From contig OY970399.1 in the NCBI GenBank assembly GCA_963720545.1, positions 1,280,001 through 1,344,000 on the forward strand: 64,000 nt of DNA, in the 5' to 3' direction. Below are positions 27,641-37,629 of this stretch, one piece after another. The notes under the pieces are model-generated. The model searched no databases. It was given only the letters and a program-made list of their open reading frames with translations, and was not told the DNA's origin. Source of the DNA: an uncultured Acidobacteriota bacterium. GTDB lineage: Bacteria > Acidobacteriota > Vicinamibacteria > Fen-336. Both the position numbers and the translations under genes were made by a program. Within the stretch, counting starts at the first letter, position 1; the number at the start of each line of letters is the position of its first letter.

Positions 27641-28902
27641 TGCAGCAGCGGCTCCAACGCCTCCACGGTCAGCGCAGCAGCACCCTTCTGGTGCTGCGCG
27701 GCCTGGCTGGCGCGGGCGCCGATTTCGGCGCACCAGGCGGGGTCGGTGAGCGCGCGGATCACCACGGCGGCGAGCGCCGCCGGCGTGCCTACGCGCACGA
27801 ACGCTTTCTCTTCAGTGAAGGCAGCCTCGATCTCGGCGAAGTTTGACATGTGTGGGCCGACGACCACGACCTTGCCGGCGATCGCCGGCTCGAGGATGTT
27901 GTGGCCGCCGCGGTCCACGAGGCTGCCGCCGACGAACACGACGGTCGCCAGCGGGTAGACCGCCGGCAGCTCGCCCAGCGTGTCGAGGATGATGACCGCG
28001 TCCTGCGACGCCGGGCCGGGCAGGAAGGAACGGCGCACGCCCGACAGGCCGCGGCGCGCCACCGCGGCGGCCGCCTCGGCGAAGCGCTCCGGCCGGCGCG
28101 GCGCGATCAGCAGGCGCGCGTTGGGCACGGCCGCGAGCACCGTGACGAACGCGTCGAGCACCAGCTCCTCCTCGCCCTCGACGGTGCTGCCCGCGATCCA
28201 CAGCGGCCCGGCGCCTTCGGGCGCCAGCAGCCGCTGCAGCTCGGGCGGCGTTGGCTGCGCCTCGACCGCGTCGTACTTGAGGTTGCCGAAGACGTGCACG
28301 TTGCGCGCCACGGCGCCCAGGGCCTTGATCCTCTGCGCGTGCGCTTCGCCCTGCATCAGGAACAGGTTCACGTTCGCGAGCACCGGCGCCAGCATCGAGC
28401 GGACGCGCCGGTAGTTCCTGAACGAACCGGGCGAGAGGCGGCCGTTGACGATTGCGACCGAGGCGCCGGCGGCGCGCGCCTCGCGCAGCAGGTTGGGCCA
28501 GATCTCGGTCTCGACCAGCAGCACCAGCTGCGGCTGCAGGCGCCGCAGCACCCGCCGCACCGAGAACGCGAAGTCGAACGGCATGTAGAAGCAGCCGTCC
28601 ACGACGCCGAGGAAGCGGCTGCGCGCCAGTTCCTGGCCGGTCGTCGTGGTCGTCGAGAGGAAGACCGGCACCCCCGGATAGCGCCAGCGCAGCTCTTTCA
28701 CGAGCGGTCGTGCGGTCAACACCTCGCCCACCGAAACCGCGTGCACCCACACCCCGCCGGGCCGGAAAGCCCGGTGTTCGGTGCCCAGGATTCGTTCGTT
28801 CAAGTTCTGGAGGTACTTGCCGGTTCCGCGGCCTTTCCACAGGAAATATGGCGCCGCGAGGATCAGGCCAAGCCCCAGCAGGACGCTGTAGGCGAGGTAC
28901 AT
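27637..28902 (-). CDS. waaA: 3-deoxy-D-manno-octulosonic acid (Kdo) transferase
   Basis: 'WVHAVSVGEV', 'ETEIWPN', 'NGRLS', 'GNLKYD', 'AGST..GEE', 'FVGGSL...GGHNILEPA'. Confidence 0.92.
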   Translation of the reverse strand: MYLAYSVLLGLGLILAAPYFLWKGRGTGKYLQNLNERILGTEHRAFRPGGVWVHAVSVGEVLTARPLVKELRWRYPGVPVFLSTTTTTGQELARSRFLGVVDGCFYMPFDFAFSVRRVLRRLQPQLVLLVETEIWPNLLREARAAGASVAIVNGRLSPGSFRNYRRVRSMLAPVLANVNLFLMQGEAHAQRIKALGAVARNVHVFGNLKYDAVEAQPTPPELQRLLAPEGAGPLWIAGSTVEGEEELVLDAFVTVLAAVPNARLLIAPRRPERFAEAAAAVARRGLSGVRRSFLPGPASQDAVIILDTLGELPAVYPLATVVFVGGSLVDRGGHNILEPAIAGKVVVVGPHMSNFAEIEAAFTEEKAFVRVGTPAALAAVVIRALTDPAWCAEIGARASQAAQHQKGAAALTVEALEPLLH

Positions 28903-28919
28903 CGCGCGCAGTATAGCGG
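28872..28919. repeat. Direct repeat copy 1 (waaA start codon region plus -10-like element)
   Basis: 46/48 identical to 32035-32082. Confidence 0.9.
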
Positions 28920-29017
28920 TTCACACCGTTTGGCTTGGCACGGGACAAGACCTGGACTATATTCCCATGGAATCTATTCGCGAGGTGCACAGAGCCCACC
29001 ACGGAGGCGAGCGAACG

Positions 29018-29398
29018 ATGGTAAGCAACGACAGACCGAGGCGGCCGGCGACCGACAAGTTCCTGCCGCTGAGTCCGGTCGTGTTCGAGATCCTGCTGTC
29101 GCTGACGGCCGAGGACCGCCACGGCTACGCGATCATGCAGGACGTCGAGCGCCGCGGCGAAGGCCGCACCCGCATGCGCCCGGGCACGCTCTATCGCGCG
29201 ATCGCGCGGCTGCTTGACGACGAGCTCATCGCGGAAATCGACGCCCCCGCAAGCGGCGAGGCCGGCGACGAACGGCGCCGGTATTACCGGCTCACCGACC
29301 TTGGGCGGAAGGTGGCCGAAGCCGAAGCCCGGCGGCTCAATGTGCTGCTGCGCGAAGCACGCGCGAAGAAGGTGCTGCGCGGCGTGGACATCGCATGA
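29018..29398 (+). CDS. PadR-family transcriptional regulator
   Basis: 'ILLSL...DRHGYAI', 'PGTLYRAI.RL', 'RRRYYRLT..G'; GGAGG RBS upstream. Confidence 0.9.
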   Translation: MVSNDRPRRPATDKFLPLSPVVFEILLSLTAEDRHGYAIMQDVERRGEGRTRMRPGTLYRAIARLLDDELIAEIDAPASGEAGDERRRYYRLTDLGRKVAEAEARRLNVLLREARAKKVLRGVDIA

Positions 29399-32031
29399 GT
29401 CTCTCCGAGCGCGCGCACCGGCTGCTGCTTCACCTCCTGCCCGCGCAATTCCGCCACCGCCACGGCGACGAACTGGCGCGCCTCGGCCGCGAGCGCGGCA
29501 GCAGCTTCGCGGCGGCGGCGTGGGACCTGCTCTGTACGGCGCCGCTGCTCTGGCTCGACCGCCTGCGCAGCGGCGACCTGCGCCTCGCCTGGCGCGGTTT
29601 GCGCCGCAATCCTGCTCATTCCGCCGCCGCGCTCGTCACGCTCGCGCTCGGCATCGGCGCCAACGTCGCGCTCTTCAGCGTCATCGACCGTGTGCTGCTG
29701 AGGCCGCTTCCCTACGGCGAACCCGACCGCCTGGTCGCGATCTTCGACACGCATGCGCAACGTGGCCGGACGCACGAGCAACCGTCGCCGGGCAACTTCG
29801 TCGACTGGCAGCGGTTGAACCGCTCGTTCGAGTCGCTGGCGGCGTGGCAGGACGGCACCGGCTCCTCGACGCTGCGCGACGGGCCGGAGCCGGTTGTGAT
29901 CGAGACGGTCAAGGCGACACCCGATTTCTTCACCGTGTTCGCGGTGCCGGCGGCGCTCGGCCGGACATTTGCCGCGGAGAGTCGCGGCGTGGCGTGGACG
30001 GTCGCCGATCGCTATGCCGGCGGCGAGCGCGAGCTGGTGATCAGCAACGGCTTGTGGACGCGCCAGTTTGGTTCGGATCCGGATGTCGTCGGCCGCCTTC
30101 TCGACATCGACGGCGCGCGCTGGCGGGTGGTGGGCGTCATGCCGCCCGGGTTCGACGCGCCACGACCGACGACCGAGGCCTGGATGCCGTGGGACATCGC
30201 CGCGTCCTACCCCCGCTTCGTGGACGGCCCGCCGCGCGACTTCCGCTTCATCAACGTCGCGGGCCGCCTGAAGCGTGGGACGAGCCTGGAGCAGGCGCAA
30301 GGCGAGATGCAGTCGCTCGCCGCGACGCTCGCGGCATCGCACCCAAAAGAGAACGCCGGCTGGAGCCTGCGCCTCGTTTCGCTGAAGGAGGAGATCGTCG
30401 GCCCGGTGCGCGAAGCGATCCTGCTGCTGTTCGCCGCGGTCGCGATGGTGCTGCTCATCGCCTGCGCCAACGTCGCGAGCCTGCAGCTGGCGCGCGCCGC
30501 GGCGCGCAGCCGGGAGATGGCGGTGCGCCTGTCACTTGGCGCCCGGCGCGCACACCTCGTACGCCAGCTGCTCACCGAAAGCGTGCTGCTCGGCGCCTGC
30601 GGCGGTGCCGCGGGGCTGATCGTGGCCGAAGGCGCGCTGCGCGTGCTGCTCGCCACCGGAGCGGCCGGCCTGCCGCGCCTGGCCGGCGCCGGTTCCGGCA
30701 TCGACGGCCGCGCTCTGCTGTTCAGCGCGGCGCTGTCGCTCGTCACGGGCATGGTCTTCGGCCTGGTGCCGGCGCTCGAGGCGTCGCGCACGCCGGTCGC
30801 CGGCGCGCTCCACGAGGTCGGACGTGCGGCGACTTCGGGTCGGCGCGCGCGCCGCGCGCGCAGCGTCCTCATCGTTGCCGAGGTTGCCGTCGCGCTGGTG
30901 CTGCTGGCTGGCGCCGGCCTGCTGCTGAAAAGCTTCAGCCGGGTCATGGCCGTCGATCCCGGCTTCGACCCGCGCGGCCTGGCGGTGATGCGCATCAACC
31001 TCGACCACGCGCATTACAAGACGGCCGCACAGTCGCGCGAGTTCTATTCGCAGCTCACCGCGCGTGTTCTGGCGCTGCCCGGCGTGGCCGGCGCCGGCGC
31101 CGTCACCGCGCTGCCTCTCAGCCCCGTGGGCACCGACTTCGCTCGTCCTTACTGGCGCGAGGGCGAGGCGGACCCCGGCGGTACCGCCGCCCGCACCGAC
31201 ATCCGCATGGTCACTCCCGGCTACTTCGACGCGATGCGCATGGCCGTGAAGCGCGGCCGTGCCTTCACCGCCACCGACGGACCGGGCGCGCCGCGCGTCG
31301 TGGTGGTGAACGACGCGCTCGCACAAGCGGCGTTCGGCGCAGCCGATCCGATAGGCCGGCGCATCGTCCTCGACTACCTCGACGGCGCTTACCCCTACGA
31401 GATCGTCGGCCTCGTCGGCAACACCCGCTTTCGCGGGCTGCGCCAGGTGCCGCGTCCGGAAACCTTCATCCCCCACGCCCAGAACCCGTACCTGGACCTC
31501 AGCCTGGTGGTGCGCACCGACGGCGATCCGGCCGCCATGCTGCGCACCGTGCAGGGGGCGATCCGCGCCGTTGATCCGCTGCAGCCCGCGCACGGCCTCG
31601 GCACCATGGACACGCTGCTGCGCCGTTCGGTCGCCGCCGACCGGCTCGCGACCCTGCTGGCGGCGTTGCTCGCCGGCCTGGCGCTGACGCTCGCCGCCAC
31701 CGGAATCTACGGTGTGTTGTCGTTCCTCATCGCGCAGCGCACCCGGGAGATCGGCCTGCGCATGGCCCTCGGCGCGACCCGGCGCCGGGTGGTAGCGATG
31801 GTGCTTGGCGAGTCGATGCGGCTCACCGCGATCGGCTGCGCCTTCGGCCTCGCGGCCGCCGCGGCACTCTCCCGGAATCTCTCGGCCATGCTGTTCGGCG
31901 TGCGGCCGGGCGACCCGCAGACCCTGGCGCTCGTGCTGGTCGCGATGGGCAGCGTGGCGCTGCTTGCCACGCTGCTGCCGGCGCGCCGGGCCAGCCGGCT
32001 CGACCCCCAGACCGCCCTGCGGCAGGAGTAG
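29395..32031 (+). CDS. ABC transporter permease, duplicated MacB/FtsX type (acidobacterial ADOP family)
   Basis: 'TLALGIGAN..LFS....LL.PLPY', 'LLIACANVA', 'R.RE..VR..LGA', 'QRTREIG.RMALGA', 'DP..ALR.E'. Carries an N-terminal extension typical of PadR-linked permeases. Confidence 0.9.
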   Translation: MSLSERAHRLLLHLLPAQFRHRHGDELARLGRERGSSFAAAAWDLLCTAPLLWLDRLRSGDLRLAWRGLRRNPAHSAAALVTLALGIGANVALFSVIDRVLLRPLPYGEPDRLVAIFDTHAQRGRTHEQPSPGNFVDWQRLNRSFESLAAWQDGTGSSTLRDGPEPVVIETVKATPDFFTVFAVPAALGRTFAAESRGVAWTVADRYAGGERELVISNGLWTRQFGSDPDVVGRLLDIDGARWRVVGVMPPGFDAPRPTTEAWMPWDIAASYPRFVDGPPRDFRFINVAGRLKRGTSLEQAQGEMQSLAATLAASHPKENAGWSLRLVSLKEEIVGPVREAILLLFAAVAMVLLIACANVASLQLARAAARSREMAVRLSLGARRAHLVRQLLTESVLLGACGGAAGLIVAEGALRVLLATGAAGLPRLAGAGSGIDGRALLFSAALSLVTGMVFGLVPALEASRTPVAGALHEVGRAATSGRRARRARSVLIVAEVAVALVLLAGAGLLLKSFSRVMAVDPGFDPRGLAVMRINLDHAHYKTAAQSREFYSQLTARVLALPGVAGAGAVTALPLSPVGTDFARPYWREGEADPGGTAARTDIRMVTPGYFDAMRMAVKRGRAFTATDGPGAPRVVVVNDALAQAAFGAADPIGRRIVLDYLDGAYPYEIVGLVGNTRFRGLRQVPRPETFIPHAQNPYLDLSLVVRTDGDPAAMLRTVQGAIRAVDPLQPAHGLGTMDTLLRRSVAADRLATLLAALLAGLALTLAATGIYGVLSFLIAQRTREIGLRMALGATRRRVVAMVLGESMRLTAIGCAFGLAAAAALSRNLSAMLFGVRPGDPQTLALVLVAMGSVALLATLLPARRASRLDPQTALRQE

Positions 32032-32034
32032 GTT

Positions 32035-32082
32035 GCCCCAGCAGGACGCTGTAGGCGAGATACATCGCGCGCAGTATGGCGG
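32035..32082. repeat. Direct repeat copy 2 (orphan duplicate of the waaA 5' end, minus strand MYLAYSVLLG)
   Basis: 46/48 identical to 28872-28919; begins 3 nt after the permease stop. Confidence 0.9.
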
Positions 32083-32118
32083 CTGACTGCCGGGGGGCGT
32101 GAAGAGTAGGGTTTACCT

Positions 32119-32580
32119 ATGAATACTGCCCGTTTGCCGTGGGCTCGGCTTGCGCCCGGCTCCTACAAGGCCCTGGCTTCGGTCAACGAATCGGTCGCGC
32201 AGAGCACGCTCGGCAAGCGACTCATCGACCTGGTCCAGACCCGCGTTTCGCAGCTGAACGGCTGCGCCTTTTGCCTCGACATGCACTCTCACGACCTGCG
32301 CCAGGGGGGCGAAGACTGGCAGCGGATCGTCAGCCTGCCGACCTGGCGCGAGACGGCCTTCTATGACGACCGCGAGCGCGCGGCGCTCAACTGGTGCGAG
32401 TCGCTTACCCGGCTCACCGACCCCGGCCAGGGCGACCGCGATGCCGAATTCGCGCAGCTGAAGGCCGTGTTCAGCGACCAGGAAATCACCGAGCTGACGG
32501 TGGTGGTGGCAATCATCAACGCCTGGAACCGGCTGGGCGTCGGCATGAGGCTGCCGCCGGCGGCCAAGCCCTTCGCCTGA
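32119..32580 (+). CDS. Carboxymuconolactone decarboxylase / AhpD-like protein
   Basis: 'RVSQLNGCAFCLDMH', 'ERAAL...E.LT', 'INAWNR'. Confidence 0.9.
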   Translation: MNTARLPWARLAPGSYKALASVNESVAQSTLGKRLIDLVQTRVSQLNGCAFCLDMHSHDLRQGGEDWQRIVSLPTWRETAFYDDRERAALNWCESLTRLTDPGQGDRDAEFAQLKAVFSDQEITELTVVVAIINAWNRLGVGMRLPPAAKPFA

Positions 32581-32638
32581 CCGCCTGCGGGAAGGGCCGC
32601 TAGACACCATCTGGCGGCTTCGGCAACAATCGAAGACG

Positions 32639-34864
32639 ATGAGATCGAGAACCCCCCGGATCCTGGTCGCCGCCTTGCTGACGTTTGCCGCCGGCAGCTC
32701 CTTTGGCCAATCGCCGCCGCTGCCCCCGGGTCCGAGCCCGGGGCCGAAGGCGACACCCGATCCGGCGGAGCAAGCCGCGGAGCAGGCGAACGTCCCGGTG
32801 TTCCCCGCGCAGGCCGAGGTGGTCACGGTCGACGTGGTGGTGAACGACAAGAAGACCAACGAACCGGTGACCGGCCTGACGCAGGCCGACTTCATCGTCA
32901 CCGAAGACGGCAAGCCGCAGACGGTGACGAGCTTCGAGGCGGTGCAGATCCCGGCGGCGCCGCCCACCGACGTCTCGCAGCAGGCGCGGGTCTCGACCAA
33001 CCAGGTGCCGGCCACGCAGGCCAGCCGCACCTTCATCGTGCTGTTCGACGACATCCACCTGGCACCGTTCCAGGCGAACCGCGCCAAGGCCGCGGTCGCC
33101 GAGTTCCTGACGAACGGCGTGCGCGAAGGCGACCACGTGATGCTGGTCTCGAGCGGCGGCAGCGCCTGGTGGAGCAGCAGGATGATGGCCGGCAAGGAGC
33201 AGCTCATCACCATGCTCAAGCGGCTCGAGGGCCGCTATATCCCCGACACCTCGAACGAGCGCATCAGCGACGCCGAGGCGATGCGCATCCACGTCTATCG
33301 CGACGCGCAGGTGATCGACCGCGTGTCGCGGCGCTTCGAGACCTACGGCGTCAGCCCGGGCGGCCAGAGCGGCCGCTCGCAGGGCGCGGTCACCGACGGC
33401 GACCCGCTGGTGATGTCGCGCGCACAGGAGGTCTATTACCAGTCGGTCACGCGCAACCGCATCACGCTCAGCATCATGGACCGCGTGCTCAAGTCGCTCG
33501 CCGGCAGCAGGGGCCGCAAGTCGCTGATCCTGGTCGGCGAGGGCTTCATCTACGATCCGCAGCTCACCGAGTTCAAGGACGTGGTGCAGTCGGCGCGGCG
33601 CGGCAACTGCGCCGTCTACTTCCTCGACACCGAAGGGCTCGGCGGCCTGTCCGTCTACCAGACCGCGCAGTTCGGGCCGGCGCTCGACACCCAGGACCTG
33701 GGCGCCGCGTTCTCCGAGAACCTCGACCGCGCCGAGGGCGCCGAGTCGATCGCCTCCGACAGCGGCGGCTTCTCGGTGAAGAACACCAACGACCTCACCA
33801 AGGGCATCACCCGCATCGCCAACGACTCGCGCGCCTATTACCTCGTCGGCTACCAGTCGACGAACACCGCGCGCGACGGCAAGTTCCGCAAGATCCAGGT
33901 GAAGATGGCCCGGAAGAACGTGGACGTGCGCGCGCGCAAGGGCTACTACGCGCCGCTCGAGGGCCAGAAGGTGGCGGCGCGCAAGGCCGGCGATCCTGAC
34001 CCGGTGATCCAGGCGGCGCTCGACTCGCCCTACGAATCCGAGGCGATCCCGATGCGCATGACGCACTTCGTCGGCGACGAGGCGCTGCTCGGCAAGGCCA
34101 CCGTCGGCATCGTCACCGAAGTGGACGTGCGGCAGTTCGGCTTCGAGAAGAAGGACGGCCGCAACCTCGACACCCTCGAGTTCCTGCTGGTGGTGGCGCA
34201 CCGCGAGACCGGCGAGTTCTTCCGCTTCGACCAGCAGATCGAGATGAAGCTGCAGGACGCGACGCGGCAGCGCATCGAGCAGACGTGGTTCGCGATTCCG
34301 CGCGACTTCGAGCTGGCGCCCGGCGGCTACCAGGCGAAGATGGTGGTGCGCGACAAGAACGCGAAGCGCGTCGGCACCCTGATCCACGAGTTCGAGGTGC
34401 CCGACCTCTCGAGCTTCCGCGTCTCGACGCCGGTCCTGTCGGACGCGCTGCAGGCGCCGCCAGCCGAGGAGAAGGACCAGAAGGGCCCGCCGCGCGCCGT
34501 GCACATGGTGCGCCGCGACTTTCCGCTGGGCGAGAACAAGTACGTCTTCTTTCAGTACGACGTGTACGGCGCGCAGAAGGACAAGACCAGTGGCATGCCG
34601 AAGGTGACCGCGGGCTACGTGGTGAAGAAGAAGGCCGACGGCGCTGTGGTCACCAAGGTGGACCCGACGCCGATCCAGCCGACTTCGATCGGCCGCCTGT
34701 CGCGCTTCACTGCCACCTCGATGAAGGACTACACCCCCGGCGATTACGAGATCGTCCTGAACCTGAAGGACGAGCTCTCGGGGAAGACGCTCGAGTACTC
34801 GGAGCCTTTCAAGGTGGTCCCGGCCGGCGCCGCCTCCCCCGCCCCCGGCAGCAACCAGAACTAA
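32639..34864 (+). CDS. VWA domain protein (acidobacterial VWFA-related), exported
   Basis: Signal peptide; 'V.VDVVV.DK...PVTGL...DF...EDGKPQ', 'GRKSLILV.EGF', 'YY..GY...N...DGKFRKI.VK......VRARKGYYA'. Confidence 0.85.
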   Translation: MRSRTPRILVAALLTFAAGSSFGQSPPLPPGPSPGPKATPDPAEQAAEQANVPVFPAQAEVVTVDVVVNDKKTNEPVTGLTQADFIVTEDGKPQTVTSFEAVQIPAAPPTDVSQQARVSTNQVPATQASRTFIVLFDDIHLAPFQANRAKAAVAEFLTNGVREGDHVMLVSSGGSAWWSSRMMAGKEQLITMLKRLEGRYIPDTSNERISDAEAMRIHVYRDAQVIDRVSRRFETYGVSPGGQSGRSQGAVTDGDPLVMSRAQEVYYQSVTRNRITLSIMDRVLKSLAGSRGRKSLILVGEGFIYDPQLTEFKDVVQSARRGNCAVYFLDTEGLGGLSVYQTAQFGPALDTQDLGAAFSENLDRAEGAESIASDSGGFSVKNTNDLTKGITRIANDSRAYYLVGYQSTNTARDGKFRKIQVKMARKNVDVRARKGYYAPLEGQKVAARKAGDPDPVIQAALDSPYESEAIPMRMTHFVGDEALLGKATVGIVTEVDVRQFGFEKKDGRNLDTLEFLLVVAHRETGEFFRFDQQIEMKLQDATRQRIEQTWFAIPRDFELAPGGYQAKMVVRDKNAKRVGTLIHEFEVPDLSSFRVSTPVLSDALQAPPAEEKDQKGPPRAVHMVRRDFPLGENKYVFFQYDVYGAQKDKTSGMPKVTAGYVVKKKADGAVVTKVDPTPIQPTSIGRLSRFTATSMKDYTPGDYEIVLNLKDELSGKTLEYSEPFKVVPAGAASPAPGSNQN

Positions 34865-34954
34865 CGCGAGCCTCGGAAGGCGGCCCCCAGAGGGCTGAGG
34901 GCTCTGTGTCGTCAGCAGGCCCCGAGGCACTCGCCGATGTTTGCTTGATTCGTA

Positions 34955-34978
34955 TCCACTGTGTCCGGACACAGTGGA
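34955..34978. repeat. Perfect 24-bp palindrome in intergenic region (candidate operator or hairpin)
   Basis: TCCACTGTGTCC-GGACACAGTGGA is a perfect inverted repeat with no spacer. Confidence 0.7.
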
Positions 34979-35128
34979 GTGAGATCCCTCGGGCCAGTGA
35001 AGGGCCTGGAGCTCTCGGGAAAACGGGGCGTCACAAGTCGTCACAGTTCCAAGGTTTTCCTCACCCAATCGTCCGGCGCGGCACTTTCGCGGGGAGCAGG
35101 TCGTAGCGTCTCTGTGGAGGTGATTGCT

Positions 35129-36445
35129 TTGACCTTTGAACGCCGACGTTTCCTGGCTGCTGCGGGGGCTGCCGCGGCTGTCCTTCCCTTCGTTCGTGCG
35201 GCCGAGGCTGATGAGTCGCAGACTCTGGCCGCGCCGTTTTCCTCCGACTGGGCCGCGGTGCGGGCGCAGTTCTCGCTGACGCGTGAGTACGCGCACTTTG
35301 CTTCCTTCCTCATGGCCGCGCATCCGCGGCCGGTGCGCGAGGCGATCGACGCGCTGCGCCGCGGGCTCGACGAGAACCCGGCCGAGATCATCGAGGCGGG
35401 GCTGTTCACGCGCCCGGCCGTGGTGCGAACGGCGATTGCAAAGTACCTGGGTGGCGTCGCCGACGACGTGGCGATCACCCACTGCACCACCGAGGGGTTG
35501 GCGCTGGTGTGGGCGGGGCTGAGGTTTTCGCCCGGCGACGAGCTGCTCACCACCAACCATGACCACTTCGTGCAGCACGAGGCGATCCGCCTCGCCTGCG
35601 CGCGCAGCGGCGCGAGCTCGCGGCGGTTCGCGCTCTACGACGATCCCGCGGCGGCCACAGAGGCGGAAATGGCGCGCCGGCTGGCGGCGGCGATCACTCC
35701 CGCGACCCGCGCGATCGGTGTCACCTGGGTGCACTCGTCCACGGGCGTGAAGACGCCGCTGCGGCGCTTCGCGTCGGTCGTCGCCGAAGCCAATCGGAAG
35801 CGTCCGGCCGAAGAACAGGTCCTGCTCATCGTCGACGGCGTCCACGGCATCGGCGTCGAGGACGAGACGATCGCCGAGACCGGCGTCGACTTCTTCGCGG
35901 CCGGTTGTCACAAGTGGCTGTTCGGGCCGCGCGGCACCGGCTTCGTGTGGGGACGGGGCGCGACCGCCTGGCAGCGCGTCGCCGGCATCGTGCCGTCCTT
36001 CGAGATGGAGACGTTCATGGCCTGGATGCAGGAACGCGACGCAGGTCCGACTCGCGGCGCCGGCTGGGTGGCGCCCGGGGGCTTCAGCACCTTCGAGCAC
36101 ACCTGGGCAATTCCGTCCGCCTTCGAATTCCACCAGGCGATCGGCCGGGCGCGCATCGCACAGCGCATCCACGACCTCAACAGCCGCATCAAGGACGGTC
36201 TCGCAGCGCTGCCGCGGGTGAAGGTGCACACGCCGCGCGACGTTGCGGTGTCGGCGGGGCTCGTGTGCTTCGAGGTGGACGGAATGAAGGCCGACGAAGT
36301 CGCGAAGGCACTCCGCGCCCGGAAGATCATCGCGGCGGCGAGCCCCTACCGAGTGTCCTATCCGCGGCTTGCCGGCAGCCTCGTCAACACGCCCGAGGAG
36401 GTCGAGCGCGCCGTCGCGGCGGTCGCAGCGCTGCGGCCCGCCTGA
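35129..36445 (+). CDS. Class V PLP-dependent aminotransferase (isopenicillin N epimerase-like) with Tat signal
   Basis: TTG start 5 nt after GGAGGTGA; 'ERRRFLAAAG'; 'VDGVHG', 'GCHKWLFGPRGTG' (PLP-lysine). Confidence 0.8.
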   Translation: MTFERRRFLAAAGAAAAVLPFVRAAEADESQTLAAPFSSDWAAVRAQFSLTREYAHFASFLMAAHPRPVREAIDALRRGLDENPAEIIEAGLFTRPAVVRTAIAKYLGGVADDVAITHCTTEGLALVWAGLRFSPGDELLTTNHDHFVQHEAIRLACARSGASSRRFALYDDPAAATEAEMARRLAAAITPATRAIGVTWVHSSTGVKTPLRRFASVVAEANRKRPAEEQVLLIVDGVHGIGVEDETIAETGVDFFAAGCHKWLFGPRGTGFVWGRGATAWQRVAGIVPSFEMETFMAWMQERDAGPTRGAGWVAPGGFSTFEHTWAIPSAFEFHQAIGRARIAQRIHDLNSRIKDGLAALPRVKVHTPRDVAVSAGLVCFEVDGMKADEVAKALRARKIIAAASPYRVSYPRLAGSLVNTPEEVERAVAAVAALRPA

Positions 36446-36455
36446 CGCCTGACGC

Positions 36456-36851
36456 CTAGCGGGTGGCGGGGGACGGTGTGGCGGCCGTCGGCGAGGTTGG
36501 CGACGCGGTCGGCGCGACGGTTGGGGCGACCGAGGGTTGGACCGTGGGGAGCACTGCGGGCGCCGCGGAGGTGGTGGGCGCCGGGGCGCCGGGCAGCGAT
36601 TGCAGGATCGAACTCGAGGGCGCCAGGATCGCGAGCATCAGGCTCGTCACCATGAAGAGCGCAGCGAGGATGGTGGTGGCACGCGACAGCACGGTTGCCC
36701 CGGCCCTCGGCCCGAAGGCCGTCTGCGTGCCGGCGCCGCCGAAGGCGCTGGCGAGGTCCTGGCCCTTGCCCTGCTGGAGCAGGACGACGGCGATCAGGAA
36801 CAGGCAGCAGATGATGTGCAGCGTCAGGACGAGGTAAAACGCGACTGTCAT
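36456..36851 (-). CDS. secG: Preprotein translocase subunit SecG
   Basis: 'VLLQQGKG.DLASAFGG.G..TAFG.R....LSR.T'; standard position after tpiA; Pro/Thr-rich tail. Confidence 0.92.
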   Translation of the reverse strand: MTVAFYLVLTLHIICCLFLIAVVLLQQGKGQDLASAFGGAGTQTAFGPRAGATVLSRATTILAALFMVTSLMLAILAPSSSILQSLPGAPAPTTSAAPAVLPTVQPSVAPTVAPTASPTSPTAATPSPATR

Positions 36852-36864
36852 AGAGCCCTTGATT

Positions 36865-37626
<762 letters not shown>

Positions 37627-37629
37627 CGG

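Noticed and set aside
28930..28980. TGGCAC upstream of padR as a sigma-54 promoter; short ATTCC-CAT-GGAAT inverted repeat
   Set aside because: No GC at the -12 position. The inverted repeat could be a PadR operator but is too short to support.
31823..32065. 80-aa ORF starting MYLAYSVLLG
   Set aside because: Only the duplicated first 10 codons of waaA followed by antisense permease sequence; reported as a repeat, not a gene.
28872..32082. CRISPR or IS interpretation of the 48-bp repeats
   Set aside because: Only two copies 3.1 kb apart; no spacers, cas genes, transposase or terminal inverted repeats.
32600..36229. 1209-aa minus-strand ORF and similar long antisense ORFs (e.g. 9926-12559, 14919-17363, 55149-58577)
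   Set aside because: Shadow ORFs caused by high-GC codon bias opposite well-supported genes; no recognisable motifs.
36430..36460. Possible tRNA-Leu after secG; short CGCCTGA repeat
   Set aside because: Only 10 nt separate the convergent stops and there is no cloverleaf; the repeat is trivial.
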